Source: an uncultured Bacillota bacterium (GTDB lineage Bacteria > Sysuimicrobiota > Sysuimicrobiia > Sysuimicrobiales > Segetimicrobiaceae). Taken from it: a stretch of 64,000 bases of DNA. Positions 46,388 through 56,359 of the stretch are shown piece by piece (the stretch's first letter is position 1; each line of letters starts with the position of its first letter). The notes under the pieces were generated by a model that saw only the letters and a program-made list of their open reading frames with translations, was not told the DNA's origin and searched no databases. The DNA is taken from positions 305,822 to 369,821 of the forward strand of contig CAWDRG010000015.1 in the NCBI GenBank assembly GCA_963804645.1, in the 5' to 3' direction. The translations under genes and the position numbers were made by a program.

Positions 46388-47944
46388 GTGATGCGCACCG
46401 CCGCTCGCGTCGTCGTCGTCCTGCTCGTCGCGCTGCTCGTCGCGGTACCGCCCGCGCTCGGGCCAGCGCAGGCCGCCGGGCCCGCTCCGTCCCGCGGCCG
46501 CACGCTGACCTACGCCGCGTCCGCGGACGTAGACAACCTCGACCCGGCGCAGCGCGGAGGCACCATCTCCGCGGCCGTCAAGGATCTGCTGTACAGCAGT
46601 CTCGTCGACGAAACGCCGAGCCGGGAGATCGCTCCGGACTTGGCGATGTCCTGGAAGGCCGACGGGACCGTCTGGACGCTCGCGCTGCGGCGGGGCGTCA
46701 AGTTCCAGGACGGGACCCCGTTCAATGCCCAGGCGGTCAAGGCGCACTACGACCGCCTGTTCAGCGCGGAGAACCCACAGCGGTCGAGCGACTGGAAACC
46801 GTACCTGGATCGCGTCGAAGTGGTCGACGACAACACGATCCGGTTCGTGACGAAATACCCGGACCCGTTCTTTCTTCTTCGGCTGGCCGCGTCCTCGCAG
46901 ATCGAGAGCCCGACGGCCTTCAAGAAGTACGGGAAGGACATCGCGCGGAATCCCGTGGGCGCGGGTCCGTTCCGGCTCCAGGAGTGGACCCCGGACGTAC
47001 GCGTCGTCGTCGTCCGCTACGATGACTACTGGGGGGACAAAGCGTACCTCGACCAGGTGATCATCCGCCCGGTGCCGGAGCCCGGGGCCCGTGCGATCGC
47101 GCTCGAATCCGGCGACGTGCAGCTCGCGGACCTGATCTCGCCCGAAGACATGCCGCGGCTGCGCGCCAATCCGAATCTCCGGCTCGATTCCGTCTCCACC
47201 GTCCGGCAGCTCACGGTCGGCATGAACAACACGAAGAAGCCCTTTACCGACGTCCGGGTGCGCCAAGCCCTGAACTACGCGGTCGACCGTCCGGCGATCG
47301 CGAAAGGCATCTTCGTGGGGCTCGCCGAGGTCTTGCCGGGCGCGGTGCCGACGCTGGCCAGCGGCTACGCGGTCGTGGACAGCTTCCCGTCTGACCCCGA
47401 CAAAGCGCGGCAGCTGCTTGCGGACGCGGGGTATCCGCACGGGTTCACCGCCACGCTGACGGGGACGAAGGGCAGGTATTTCAAGGACTTCGAGATGATG
47501 CAGGCCGTGCAGCAGATGCTCAAGCGCGTGGGCGTCACCACGAACATTCAGGTCGTCGAGTGGGCACGCTACCTCGAGCTCGTCAACATCCCGCCCGACA
47601 AGAGCCCCCTCGAGATGTGGCTCGACGGGTGGTCCAGCGACAGCGCGACGGACATCCTCCAGCAGCGCTTCGGCTGTGAGTTCATGCGCCCGCACGGCGT
47701 CAATCTTCACGGGTACTGCAACCGGGATCTCGACGCGCTCGTCAACCAGGCGGCGCGCACGATGGACGACACCCAGCGCAACACGTACCTGAAGCTGGCG
47801 CAGCAGTTGATTCAGAAGGACGCGCCGAGCATCTGGGGGCTCGAGACCAAGTCCACCGCCGGGATGAACAAGAAGCTGCACGGCGTGCTCCACTACTACG
47901 ACGAGACCCTGACCGTCGACGAGCACACCTGGCTGGAACCCTGA
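46388..47944 (+). CDS. ABC transporter substrate-binding protein, family 5
   Basis: AAGGGAGG lies 6 nt upstream. It has a signal peptide and the SBP_bac_5 pattern (WTLALRRGVKFQDGTPFNAQAV, DDYWGDKAY). Confidence 0.9.
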   Translation: MMRTAARVVVVLLVALLVAVPPALGPAQAAGPAPSRGRTLTYAASADVDNLDPAQRGGTISAAVKDLLYSSLVDETPSREIAPDLAMSWKADGTVWTLALRRGVKFQDGTPFNAQAVKAHYDRLFSAENPQRSSDWKPYLDRVEVVDDNTIRFVTKYPDPFFLLRLAASSQIESPTAFKKYGKDIARNPVGAGPFRLQEWTPDVRVVVVRYDDYWGDKAYLDQVIIRPVPEPGARAIALESGDVQLADLISPEDMPRLRANPNLRLDSVSTVRQLTVGMNNTKKPFTDVRVRQALNYAVDRPAIAKGIFVGLAEVLPGAVPTLASGYAVVDSFPSDPDKARQLLADAGYPHGFTATLTGTKGRYFKDFEMMQAVQQMLKRVGVTTNIQVVEWARYLELVNIPPDKSPLEMWLDGWSSDSATDILQQRFGCEFMRPHGVNLHGYCNRDLDALVNQAARTMDDTQRNTYLKLAQQLIQKDAPSIWGLETKSTAGMNKKLHGVLHYYDETLTVDEHTWLEP

Positions 47945-47967
47945 CCGGGTCGGCCGCGAAGGGAGCG

Positions 47968-49341
47968 ATGACGATGCAGGTGTTGCGGGGGACGTTCATC
48001 GACGGCACCGGCCGGGGGCCTGTCCCGGACGGCGTGCTGCACGTCGACGGCAAGCGGATCGCCTTCGCGGGACCGGCGAACGCCGCGCCGCCGGTGCCGC
48101 CGTCCGCGGAGGTGCTCGATCTCCGGCCGCGCACGCTGCTGCCGGGGTTGATCGACTGCCACGCCCATCCCGTGCCGGGTGTCACGGGGGACGGCGACGC
48201 GGCGCTGCCCTGGGCCGACGAGCTGCGCGTGCTGCACGCCACGGAGCTGATGCAGCGGGCGCTGCGCTCGGGCGTGACCACCATCCGCAACGTCGGCGCG
48301 CCGCGCTACACCGCGTACTCCGTCAAGGAGGCGGTCGAGCGCGAGTTCGTGTTCGGGCCCCGGCTGCTGGTCTCCGGGCCGATCATCTGCCCGACCGGCG
48401 GCCACGGACATGCGGGCGGCGGCGCGGCCGATGGACCCGACGGCGTACGCCGCCAGGCGCGTACGTACTTCCGCGACGGCGCCGACTTCCTCAAGCTCTC
48501 GGCGACCGGCGGCGGAACGGCCCGCACGGTCCGGCACCGCTCGACCTACACCGTCGAGGAGATCCACGCCGCGGTGGACGAGGCGATCCAGCACGAAAGC
48601 TACGCCACGGCGCACGTCCACGGGACGGAGGGCATCGTCCGGTGCCTGGACGCCGGGATGCCGATGCTGGAGCACGTGACGTTTGTCGGGCCCGACAACG
48701 TGGAGCACTTCGACCGCGACGTGGCCTCGCGCATCCGAGACACTCATGTGATCGTCGTCCCGACCGTCCAGGTGTACGGCCGGTGGGCCGAGACGAGCCC
48801 GGGCCGTCTCGATTCCCTGAGCGCCGACGACCTCGATGCGTGGCAGGCGCGGTACGAGAGCCTGCCGTACATGCTGCACCCGTTTCCGCGGCTCGATCGG
48901 ATCGGCGCGCGCGAGCTCGTGACCTGGCACCACCGGTTCGACAGCTTCTTCAAGCGGGTGGAGATCGTGGGGCGGCTCCACGAGATGGGGGTCGTGCTGC
49001 TGATGGGCTCGGACGGAGGCGGCCGGCCGGCGCCGATCGATGACCTCGGCCACGGCATTGCGCTGCACGTGCGCGCGGGGGTGCCGCCGCTCGACGCGAT
49101 CTCTTCCGCGACCGGGCTCGCGGCCAAGTGGATCCGCCTCGACGACGTGACCGGGACGCTCGAGGCCGGGAAAGAGGCCGATATCATAGCGGTGGATGGC
49201 GATCCGTTGACCGACATTACCGCCCTGTCGCGCGTGGCATTCGTGATGGCCCGCGGGCGCGTCGCGAAGGCGCCGCCGCTCGAGGCGCCGGACCCGGGAC
49301 GCCGGGCCACGCGGGCGGCGTCGCAGGCCTCGTCGCACTAG
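47968..49341 (+). CDS. Amidohydrolase-family metal-dependent hydrolase
   Basis: LLPGLIDCHAHP, DFLKLSATGG, AHVHG, LEHV and GSDGG give the amidohydrolase_1 ligand series. Confidence 0.8.
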   Translation: MTMQVLRGTFIDGTGRGPVPDGVLHVDGKRIAFAGPANAAPPVPPSAEVLDLRPRTLLPGLIDCHAHPVPGVTGDGDAALPWADELRVLHATELMQRALRSGVTTIRNVGAPRYTAYSVKEAVEREFVFGPRLLVSGPIICPTGGHGHAGGGAADGPDGVRRQARTYFRDGADFLKLSATGGGTARTVRHRSTYTVEEIHAAVDEAIQHESYATAHVHGTEGIVRCLDAGMPMLEHVTFVGPDNVEHFDRDVASRIRDTHVIVVPTVQVYGRWAETSPGRLDSLSADDLDAWQARYESLPYMLHPFPRLDRIGARELVTWHHRFDSFFKRVEIVGRLHEMGVVLLMGSDGGGRPAPIDDLGHGIALHVRAGVPPLDAISSATGLAAKWIRLDDVTGTLEAGKEADIIAVDGDPLTDITALSRVAFVMARGRVAKAPPLEAPDPGRRATRAASQASSH

Positions 49342-49384
49342 CGAGCCCGGCCCCGCGTCGGGCGGGCGGGCTCACAGGGCCGAG

Positions 49385-50311
49385 ATGCTGCGCTACGCGC
49401 TGAGGCGGATCCTCCTCCTCGTCCCGGTCCTGCTGGGCGTGTCGCTCGCGTCATTCCTGCTGCTGCACCTAATCCCCGGGGATCCGGCGGTCATCCTCGC
49501 GGGCGAAGACGCGTCCCCGGCGCAGCTGGCCGCCATCCGCACCGAGTTCGGCCTCAACGCCCCGCTCGCAGTCCAGTACGTGCGCTACATCGGGCGGGCG
49601 CTTCGGGGCAACCTCGGCATCTCCATGCAGACCCGCGCGCCCATCACCCAGACGTTGATCGCCCGCATGAGGTTCACCGTGCAGCTCACGCTGTGGAGCC
49701 TGGCGCTCGCGGTGACGGTCGGGGTCGCCGTCGGCGTCCTCGCCGCCACCCACCAGAACTCGTGGCTGGACGGCGGGCTGATGCTCATGGCGCTCATCGG
49801 CCTGTCGATGCCGAGCTTCTGGCTCGGCTTGCTGCTGCTGCTGGTGTTCGCGGGTATGCTGCACTGGCTGCCGTCCGGCGGGAGCGGCGGCCTCCAGTAC
49901 CTCATCCTGCCCGCCGTCGTGCTCGGGATGTCGGGCGCGCCGGTGATCGCCCGTCTGGTCCGCGCCTCGATGCTGGAGGTGATCCGCCAGGACTACATCC
50001 GCGCGCTCCGCGCGCACGGCGTGCCGGAGCGGCGGGTCATCTACCGCCACGCCCTGCGGAACGCGCTCAACCCGGTGATCACCGTCGTCGGGCTGCAGTT
50101 CGGCTTCCTGATGGCGGGCGCCGTGATCGTGGAGACGGTGTTCGCGCTGCCGGGCGTCGGGCGCCTCATGGTGACGGCGATCTTCTCCCGGGATTACCCG
50201 GTGATCCAGGGCGGGCTGCTGCTGATCGCCGTGGCGTTCGTCGCCGTCAATCTGTTGATCGACCTCGCGTACGCGTGGATCAATCCCAGGATTCGGTACG
50301 GGCGGGCATGA
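49385..50311 (+). CDS. ABC transporter permease (DppB type)
   Basis: MLRYALRRILLLVPVLLGVS N-terminus and EAA region YIRALRAHGV. Confidence 0.9.
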   Translation: MLRYALRRILLLVPVLLGVSLASFLLLHLIPGDPAVILAGEDASPAQLAAIRTEFGLNAPLAVQYVRYIGRALRGNLGISMQTRAPITQTLIARMRFTVQLTLWSLALAVTVGVAVGVLAATHQNSWLDGGLMLMALIGLSMPSFWLGLLLLLVFAGMLHWLPSGGSGGLQYLILPAVVLGMSGAPVIARLVRASMLEVIRQDYIRALRAHGVPERRVIYRHALRNALNPVITVVGLQFGFLMAGAVIVETVFALPGVGRLMVTAIFSRDYPVIQGGLLLIAVAFVAVNLLIDLAYAWINPRIRYGRA

Positions 50312-51204
50312 GCGGAGCGGTCGTGAACGCGGTTGACCCGGAACCGGCGGCGGCCCCGGCCGGCCCGGGAGAGGCCGACGGGACGTGGCGCCGGCTCAGA
50401 CGGCACCGCGGCGCCGTCGTTGGGATGGTGATCGTTGGGCTGTACGCCGCGGTGGCGCTGCTCGCCAACGTGCTCGCGCCGTACGATCCCACGGACGGCG
50501 ACGTGCTGGCGCGCCTGCAGCCGCCGAGCGCGCAGCACCTGCTCGGGACCGACGAGCTCGGGCGCGACATCCTGAGCCGCCTCGTGGTCGGCGCCCGCAC
50601 GTCGCTCGTGATCCAGGTCACGGCGGCGGCGCTCGCGATGGTCGTCGGGGTCGTCTGGGGGCTCGGGGCCGGATATTTCGGCGGGTGGGTCGATGAGATC
50701 AGCATGCGGGCGATCGATGTGCTCCTCGCGTTTCCCAGCATCTTGCTGGCGATCGCCATCGTGGCGATCGTCGGCACCGGACTGGAGAACATCATCGTCG
50801 CGGTGGGGATCGCGTCGGTGCCCCAGTTCGCCCGCCTCGTCCGCGGCGTGGTGCTGGACCTGCGCCACGCGGAGTTTGTCGAGGCGGCCCGGGCGATCGG
50901 CGAACCGGATGCGTCCATCATGTTCCGGTACATCATGCCGGGGACGCTCGCGCCGGTCATCGTCCTGACGAGCCTGCGCATGGCGACGGTCCTCCTCGCG
51001 GCGGCCGGCCTCAACTTTCTCGGCCTGGGGGTGCAGCCGCCGACGCCCGAGTGGGGGGCGATGCTGTCCAACGCCCGCGACTACATGTTCGCCGCGCCGT
51101 TCGTGACGACGTTCCCGGGGCTCGCGATCACGCTCGTCGTCATCGGCTTCAATCTCCTTGGGGACGGCCTGCGGGATGCGCTCGATCCGCGGATGCGGGA
51201 CTGA
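50308..51204 (+). CDS. ABC transporter permease (DppC type)
   Basis: ATGA overlap with the upstream permease. Pattern HLLGTDELGRDILSRL and EFVEAARAIG. Confidence 0.9.
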   Translation: MSGAVVNAVDPEPAAAPAGPGEADGTWRRLRRHRGAVVGMVIVGLYAAVALLANVLAPYDPTDGDVLARLQPPSAQHLLGTDELGRDILSRLVVGARTSLVIQVTAAALAMVVGVVWGLGAGYFGGWVDEISMRAIDVLLAFPSILLAIAIVAIVGTGLENIIVAVGIASVPQFARLVRGVVLDLRHAEFVEAARAIGEPDASIMFRYIMPGTLAPVIVLTSLRMATVLLAAAGLNFLGLGVQPPTPEWGAMLSNARDYMFAAPFVTTFPGLAITLVVIGFNLLGDGLRDALDPRMRD

Positions 51205-52166
51205 TGGACGGGCCTCTGCTGTCGGTCCGGGATCTCACCGTCCACTTCACCTCCGGCGGGCAGGTCAGCCGGGCGCTCGACGGCGTCGATCTCGAGATCC
51301 GATCGGGCGAGACGGTGGGGCTCGTGGGGGAGACCGGCTGCGGCAAGAGCGCCACGGCACTGGCCATCATGGGCCTCATCCCGTCGCCCCCCGGACGCGT
51401 GGTCGCGGGCCAAGTGCTCTTTGAAGGTGAGGACCTGCTGACGAAGAGCGGCGCCGACCTCCGGCGCCTCCGCGGCACCGGGATCTCGATGGTGTTTCAG
51501 GAGCCGATGACGTCGCTCGACCCGTCGTTTACGATCGGGAGCCAGCTCGCGGAGGTGCTGGAAGTGCACCGCGGCCTCGGCGGCCGCTCGGCTCGCCGCG
51601 AAGCGCTCGAACTGCTCGACGGGGTTCGGCTGCCGCACCCGGAGCGCGTGCTGGCGCAGTACCCGTTTCAACTCAGCGGCGGCATGCGGCAGCGCGTGAT
51701 GATCGCGCTCGCGCTGTCGTGCCGGCCGCGCCTGCTGATCGCCGACGAGCCGACGTCGGCGCTGGACGTGACGGTCCAGGCCCAAATTTTTGCGCTGCTG
51801 CGGGACCTGCAGGCGCGCCTCGGTACGGCCATCCTGTTGATCACGCACGACCTGGCCGTCGTCGCCGAGAACTGCGGCCGGGCGTACGTGATGTACGCGG
51901 GGCGCATCGCGGAGGCGGCGCCGGTGGCGGCGCTGTTCGGGCGGCCGCGGCATCCGTACACCCAAGGGCTCCTCGCGGCGGTCCCGGGCGCGGGGACCGG
52001 CATGCGGGTGATCCCCGGCGAGGTCCCAAACGCGGCCGGGTACCCGTCCGGCTGCCGCTTCTGGCCGCGCTGCGCACACGCGATGGACCGCTGCCGGGAC
52101 GCGCACCCGCCGATGAGCGAGCCGGACCCCGGGCATCGCGTGGCGTGCTACCTCTACGGCCCATGA
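51204..52166 (+). CDS. ABC transporter ATP-binding protein (DppD/OppD type)
   Basis: TGATG overlap with the upstream permease. Walker [30 protein letters not shown], and an oligopeptide-type C-terminal domain. Confidence 0.9.
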   Translation: MDGPLLSVRDLTVHFTSGGQVSRALDGVDLEIRSGETVGLVGETGCGKSATALAIMGLIPSPPGRVVAGQVLFEGEDLLTKSGADLRRLRGTGISMVFQEPMTSLDPSFTIGSQLAEVLEVHRGLGGRSARREALELLDGVRLPHPERVLAQYPFQLSGGMRQRVMIALALSCRPRLLIADEPTSALDVTVQAQIFALLRDLQARLGTAILLITHDLAVVAENCGRAYVMYAGRIAEAAPVAALFGRPRHPYTQGLLAAVPGAGTGMRVIPGEVPNAAGYPSGCRFWPRCAHAMDRCRDAHPPMSEPDPGHRVACYLYGP

Positions 52167-53140
52167 TGGCCCCGCTGCTCGAGGCGCGAGGGGTCGCGAA
52201 GTACTTTCCGGTCCGCGAGGGCCTCTTCGGCACGGTACCGCTCCGCGCGGTCGATGGGGTGGACGTCGCCGTGGAGGAGGCCGAGACGCTGGGGCTCGTC
52301 GGTGAATCGGGGTGCGGGAAGTCCACGCTCGCGCGGCTGCTCGTGGGGCTGGTCGTCCCGACCGCCGGCGAGGTGCGGTTCCGGGGGGAGCCGCTCGCGG
52401 CGCCGACGACGGCGCGCGGGCGGCGCCAGCGCCGCGACCTGCAGATCGTGTTTCAGGACCCGTACGGGTCGCTCAACCCGCGCATGGCGGCCGGCGAGAT
52501 CGTCGGGCGGGCGCTCGCGGTGCACCGGATGGGAAGCGCGGCCGACCGGAGGCGCCGCGTCGCCGAGCTGTTTGAGGACGTGGGGCTGCGTCCCGAATAC
52601 ACCGGACGCTACCCGCACGAGTTCTCCGGAGGCCAGCGGCAGCGGATCGCGATCGCGCGCGCGATCGCGACCTCCCCGCGCCTCGTCGTGCTCGACGAAC
52701 CAACATCGGCGCTCGACGTGTCGGTGCAGGCGAAGATCCTCACGCTTTTGAAGGGCCTCCAGGCGGAGATGGGGTTGACCTATGTGTTCGTGTCGCACAA
52801 CATCGGCGTGATCCGTGAGATGGCCAACCGCGTGGCGGTCATGTACCTTGGGAAGTTCGTCGAGGTCGCCGCGACCCCGACGGTGTTTTCGACCCCGCTC
52901 CACCCCTACACGCGCGCGCTCGTCTCTGCGGTCCCGAGCCTCGCCGCCGGCGCGGCGCCGTCCCGTCCGCTGATTGAGGGCGATCCGCCGAGCGCGCTCC
53001 GGCCGCCGGCCGGATGCCGGTTTCACACCCGGTGCCCGTGGGCGCGGGAGCGGTGCCGCGTGGAGGAGCCGGCGCTGCGGCCGATCGGGTCCGAACGACT
53101 GGTGGCGTGCCATTTTGCCGAGGCGCTCGCTGCGGGGTGA
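52163..53140 (+). CDS. ABC transporter ATP-binding protein (DppF/OppF type)
   Basis: ATGA overlap with the upstream ATPase. Walker [31 protein letters not shown]. Confidence 0.9.
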   Translation: MMAPLLEARGVAKYFPVREGLFGTVPLRAVDGVDVAVEEAETLGLVGESGCGKSTLARLLVGLVVPTAGEVRFRGEPLAAPTTARGRRQRRDLQIVFQDPYGSLNPRMAAGEIVGRALAVHRMGSAADRRRRVAELFEDVGLRPEYTGRYPHEFSGGQRQRIAIARAIATSPRLVVLDEPTSALDVSVQAKILTLLKGLQAEMGLTYVFVSHNIGVIREMANRVAVMYLGKFVEVAATPTVFSTPLHPYTRALVSAVPSLAAGAAPSRPLIEGDPPSALRPPAGCRFHTRCPWARERCRVEEPALRPIGSERLVACHFAEALAAG

Positions 53141-53259
53141 GCCGTCGGGGGCCACCCACGGGCCTCCCCCAACCGACGGCGACGAGCGGCGAGCGAGGTG
53201 CCCTCATTGCCCAGCGGGAAGTCATGGGCGCGAGAATCGCCACAGCGACGGAGGGGATC

Positions 53260-53598
53260 ATGGCCACATTCCTGGCGTTTCAGACGTCGTCGCTCGGCCC
53301 GGGCATTCACGTTTCCCCGCACCAGGTCACCCTGGGCGTCGTGGACGTCAGCCCGTACGCGCAGATCCGGGTCGTGGCGTCCCTCGGCCCTTCGTCGCCG
53401 TCGGGCGTGACGTTTACGCTCACCATCACGGAAGGCGGGTTGTTGATCGCGCACCTGGATCAACTCCAGCTCGCGCCGGGCGTCGCGGTGACGAACGTGT
53501 ACGAGGCGCCCGGCACAGCGCTGACGCTGCTCGCGGAAGCCACGTCGAGCGCCGGCGCGACCCAGTTTGTGGCGCTGATCTATGGCTCCACCGAATGA
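53260..53598 (+). CDS. Hypothetical small beta-rich protein (112 aa)
   Basis: GGAGGGG lies 4 nt upstream of ATG 53260. No family is recognised. Confidence 0.45.
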   Translation: MATFLAFQTSSLGPGIHVSPHQVTLGVVDVSPYAQIRVVASLGPSSPSGVTFTLTITEGGLLIAHLDQLQLAPGVAVTNVYEAPGTALTLLAEATSSAGATQFVALIYGSTE

Positions 53599-53747
53599 CC
53601 GGAGGAAGATGCCCTCGCCGCGCGCCCGCCCGGGGTTCACGCGGTCCTCGGCGCGCGGGCTTCGGCGTGCGACCGATCAGACGCGGTCCGATGATGCGGA
53701 CCGGACCGCACGGGTGCGAGATCCCAGCCGCGTGAGGAGGCCGTGAC

Positions 53748-54695
53748 ATGATGCCGCTGACGGGGAGCGTGCGCGCTTCCATTCTCGACACGATCGGCGG
53801 CACCCCGGTCGTGTCGCTCAACAAGATCGTCCCGCCGGGCAGCGCTCACGTCCTCGTGAAACTGGAGTACTTCAACCCGACAGGATCGTACAAGGATCGC
53901 ATGGCCCTGGCCATGATTGAGGAGGCGGAAGCCAGGGGAGATCTTCGTCCGGGGATGACGGTCGTGGAGTATACGGGAGGCAGCACCGGGTCGTCGCTGG
54001 CGTTCGTCTGCGCCGTCAAGGGGTACCGGTTCAAAGTCGTGTCGTCCGACGCGTTTGCCAGCGAGAAACTGCAGACGATGCGGGCGTTCGGCGCGGACCT
54101 CGACCTGGTGCCGAGTGAAGGCGGACAGATCACCAAAGCATTGATCGAAGAGATGATCGCCAGGGCGAGAGCGTTCGCGGCCTCACCGGATGTCTACTGG
54201 ACCGACCAGTTCCGGAGCACCGACTCGGTGAAGGGCTATGAGGGGATTGGACGGGAGCTCGTGCAGCAGGTGGGCGGCCCGATTGACGCGTTTTGCGGCG
54301 GCGTTGGTACGGCGGGCATGCTGATGGGGGTCGCGCGGGCGCTCCGCGCGTCGGGCAGCGGGGCGCGGATTGTCGCTCTTGAACCGGCCTCCTCAGCCGT
54401 GATATCCACCGGGGTCAGCGGGGCGCACCGGATCGAGGGGACCGGAGTCGGATTCGTCCCGCCGCTTCTCAACCGCGAGTTTTACGACGAGGCCCGGGGC
54501 ATCGATGAGGCGGAGGCGCGCCGCACCGCCCGACGGCTGGCGCGGGATGAGGGGATTTTTGCGGGCACCTCGAGCGGGATGAACGTCGCCGGTGCGCTGC
54601 AGTTGGCCAAGGTACTGGGCCCGGGCCGTGTCGTGGCGACGGTCGCGGTCGATTCCGGCCTCAAGTATCTCGCGGGGGATCTGTTTGAGACGTAA
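53748..54695 (+). CDS. Cysteine synthase-family (fold-type II PLP, CysK/CysM-like) enzyme
   Basis: TPVVSLNK, PLP-Lys context NPTGSYKDR, GGSTGSSLA, GVGTAGM. Confidence 0.8.
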   Translation: MMPLTGSVRASILDTIGGTPVVSLNKIVPPGSAHVLVKLEYFNPTGSYKDRMALAMIEEAEARGDLRPGMTVVEYTGGSTGSSLAFVCAVKGYRFKVVSSDAFASEKLQTMRAFGADLDLVPSEGGQITKALIEEMIARARAFAASPDVYWTDQFRSTDSVKGYEGIGRELVQQVGGPIDAFCGGVGTAGMLMGVARALRASGSGARIVALEPASSAVISTGVSGAHRIEGTGVGFVPPLLNREFYDEARGIDEAEARRTARRLARDEGIFAGTSSGMNVAGALQLAKVLGPGRVVATVAVDSGLKYLAGDLFET

Positions 54696-54895
54696 GACCG
54701 GCAGTCCTCGATCGGGCGGGGAGGGTCGGGGGGCGTCGTTGTGCTAGCGATCTGTGCAAAGATCCGCGGCGGTCTTCACTCTTATAACTCTGTACAAGAA
54801 GCACGGTACAATGGAGGGGATGGTTTCCGCCCCCGTTGGGCGGGAGATCGCGGCCGGGGAGTCGGGGAACCGCGCCGCGCGTGCGGAGGGGTACG

Positions 54896-55747
54896 ATGAC
54901 GCGTCGGCGCTCCATCCGACTGGCGGTGTCCGTCGTCATCGCGGCGGTGGGTCTCCTGGGGCTGCCGGCACCCGCGGCACACGCGCAATTGTTCGGAATG
55001 AGCGAGCAGCAGGAGATTCAGATCGGCCGCTCCATCGAGCAGCAGCTCGCGAAGAATCCGGGCTTCGTTGACGACCCCGAGCAGACGCAATACGTCACCG
55101 ATCTCGGCCTCCAGCTGGCGAAGGTGTCCGAACGGCCGAACCTCCCGTGGACGTACCATATTATTAAGGACGACGTTCCCGACGCCGTGGCCGCGCCGGG
55201 GGGCTTCATTTTCGTGACGAGCGGGTTGCTGCAGTTCGTGCAGTCGAAGGATGAGCTGGCATTTGTCCTCGGCCATGAGACGACCCACGTGGCGCACCGG
55301 CACGCCGTGCAGCTCGCCGAGACGGACATGATGATGCAGGTCGGCGCGCTGCTGGTGGCGCAGTTCGTGTTCCCCGGCAACTACGGAGCCTACGAAGCCA
55401 GCCAGCTCACTCGGCAGTTGGTCGACGCCCGGTACTCGCGCGCGAAGGAGGCCGAGGCAGATCACTGGGGCGTCATTTACGCGCAGCGCGCGGGGTACGA
55501 TCCGACGGCGTCGCTGATGTTCTTTGAGCGGCTCGAGACGACCGAGAAAACCGAGTCGAACGTTATCACGCACGCGTTTGAGGACCACCCGAATACACCC
55601 GCACGCGTCGCCGCATTGGAGATCGAATTGCGCCAGATGGGGTACGACGTGCCGGCCCCCACGACCGCCCCTGCGACAATGGGGGCCGGCGCCGCGCCGG
55701 CAATGCCGCCCGGATCGTCGGCGGGGTCGGGTCCGCAGAATCGGTAA
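54896..55747 (+). CDS. M48-family zinc metallopeptidase with signal peptide
   Basis: GGAGGGG lies upstream of ATG 54896. The zinc motif HExxH appears as VLGHETTHVAHRH, with AEADHWG downstream. Confidence 0.85.
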   Translation: MTRRRSIRLAVSVVIAAVGLLGLPAPAAHAQLFGMSEQQEIQIGRSIEQQLAKNPGFVDDPEQTQYVTDLGLQLAKVSERPNLPWTYHIIKDDVPDAVAAPGGFIFVTSGLLQFVQSKDELAFVLGHETTHVAHRHAVQLAETDMMMQVGALLVAQFVFPGNYGAYEASQLTRQLVDARYSRAKEAEADHWGVIYAQRAGYDPTASLMFFERLETTEKTESNVITHAFEDHPNTPARVAALEIELRQMGYDVPAPTTAPATMGAGAAPAMPPGSSAGSGPQNR

Positions 55748-55797
55748 TCAGCGTCGACGATGGTAGGGCCCTGAGGTTCAATAGACAGGGCTCATGA

Positions 55798-56290
55798 GGA
55801 AAGCCTTGTGCTGGTGGGCGCGATGATGTCCTGCGGCGGGTCGAAACAGAGGTCCAGAGTCTCTACAGCCACGTCCCGAAAACGATCCGTCTGAAGGAAG
55901 CCGAGCTGGCCGCGGAAGAACGGCGGCTTGGGAATTTCGTCGACTCTACCGGAGAAGGACGCGGCAGTCGTACGCTGGCGCAGGCCCTGGTCGACACGGC
56001 GCACAAGGTCGAAGCGCTCAAGCAAGAACTAGCGGGCCGTCCATGAGGCCGTGGGACGAGCCCGCAGCGGCGATGAGCGGCGGGAACTCCAGCACCACAT
56101 CGCCCCCGCACGAAGCTTTGACCATGGACCTACCAACGTCCAAACCCAGCTTGTGCATGCTGCAAGGTGGACCGACTCGAGGTGACCTGGGAGGGGACCC
56201 GACACGCCGGCGGGGGTCGATCTTGGGCTCCCCGACGGCAGGAATGCGAGACTGAGTATCGGAAAATCTTCATGCTCCTCGGTCCGATGC
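55798..56290 (+). mobile_element. Large serine recombinase C-terminal (coiled-coil/tail) remnant, multiply frameshifted
   Basis: The + frame reads ...DDVLRRVETEVQSLYSH..IRLKEAELAAEERRLGNFVDSTGEGRGSRTLAQALVDTAHKVEALKQELA and then stops. Downstream pieces (ERRELQHHIA, RLEVTWEG) lie in other frames. No catalytic N-domain is present. Confidence 0.4.
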
Positions 56291-56359
56291 AATGATTGAT
56301 CGGAAGACCGAATGACGGTTCGAGGAACGCGTACCTGTCTCAGCCATCAGGAGGGTCGC

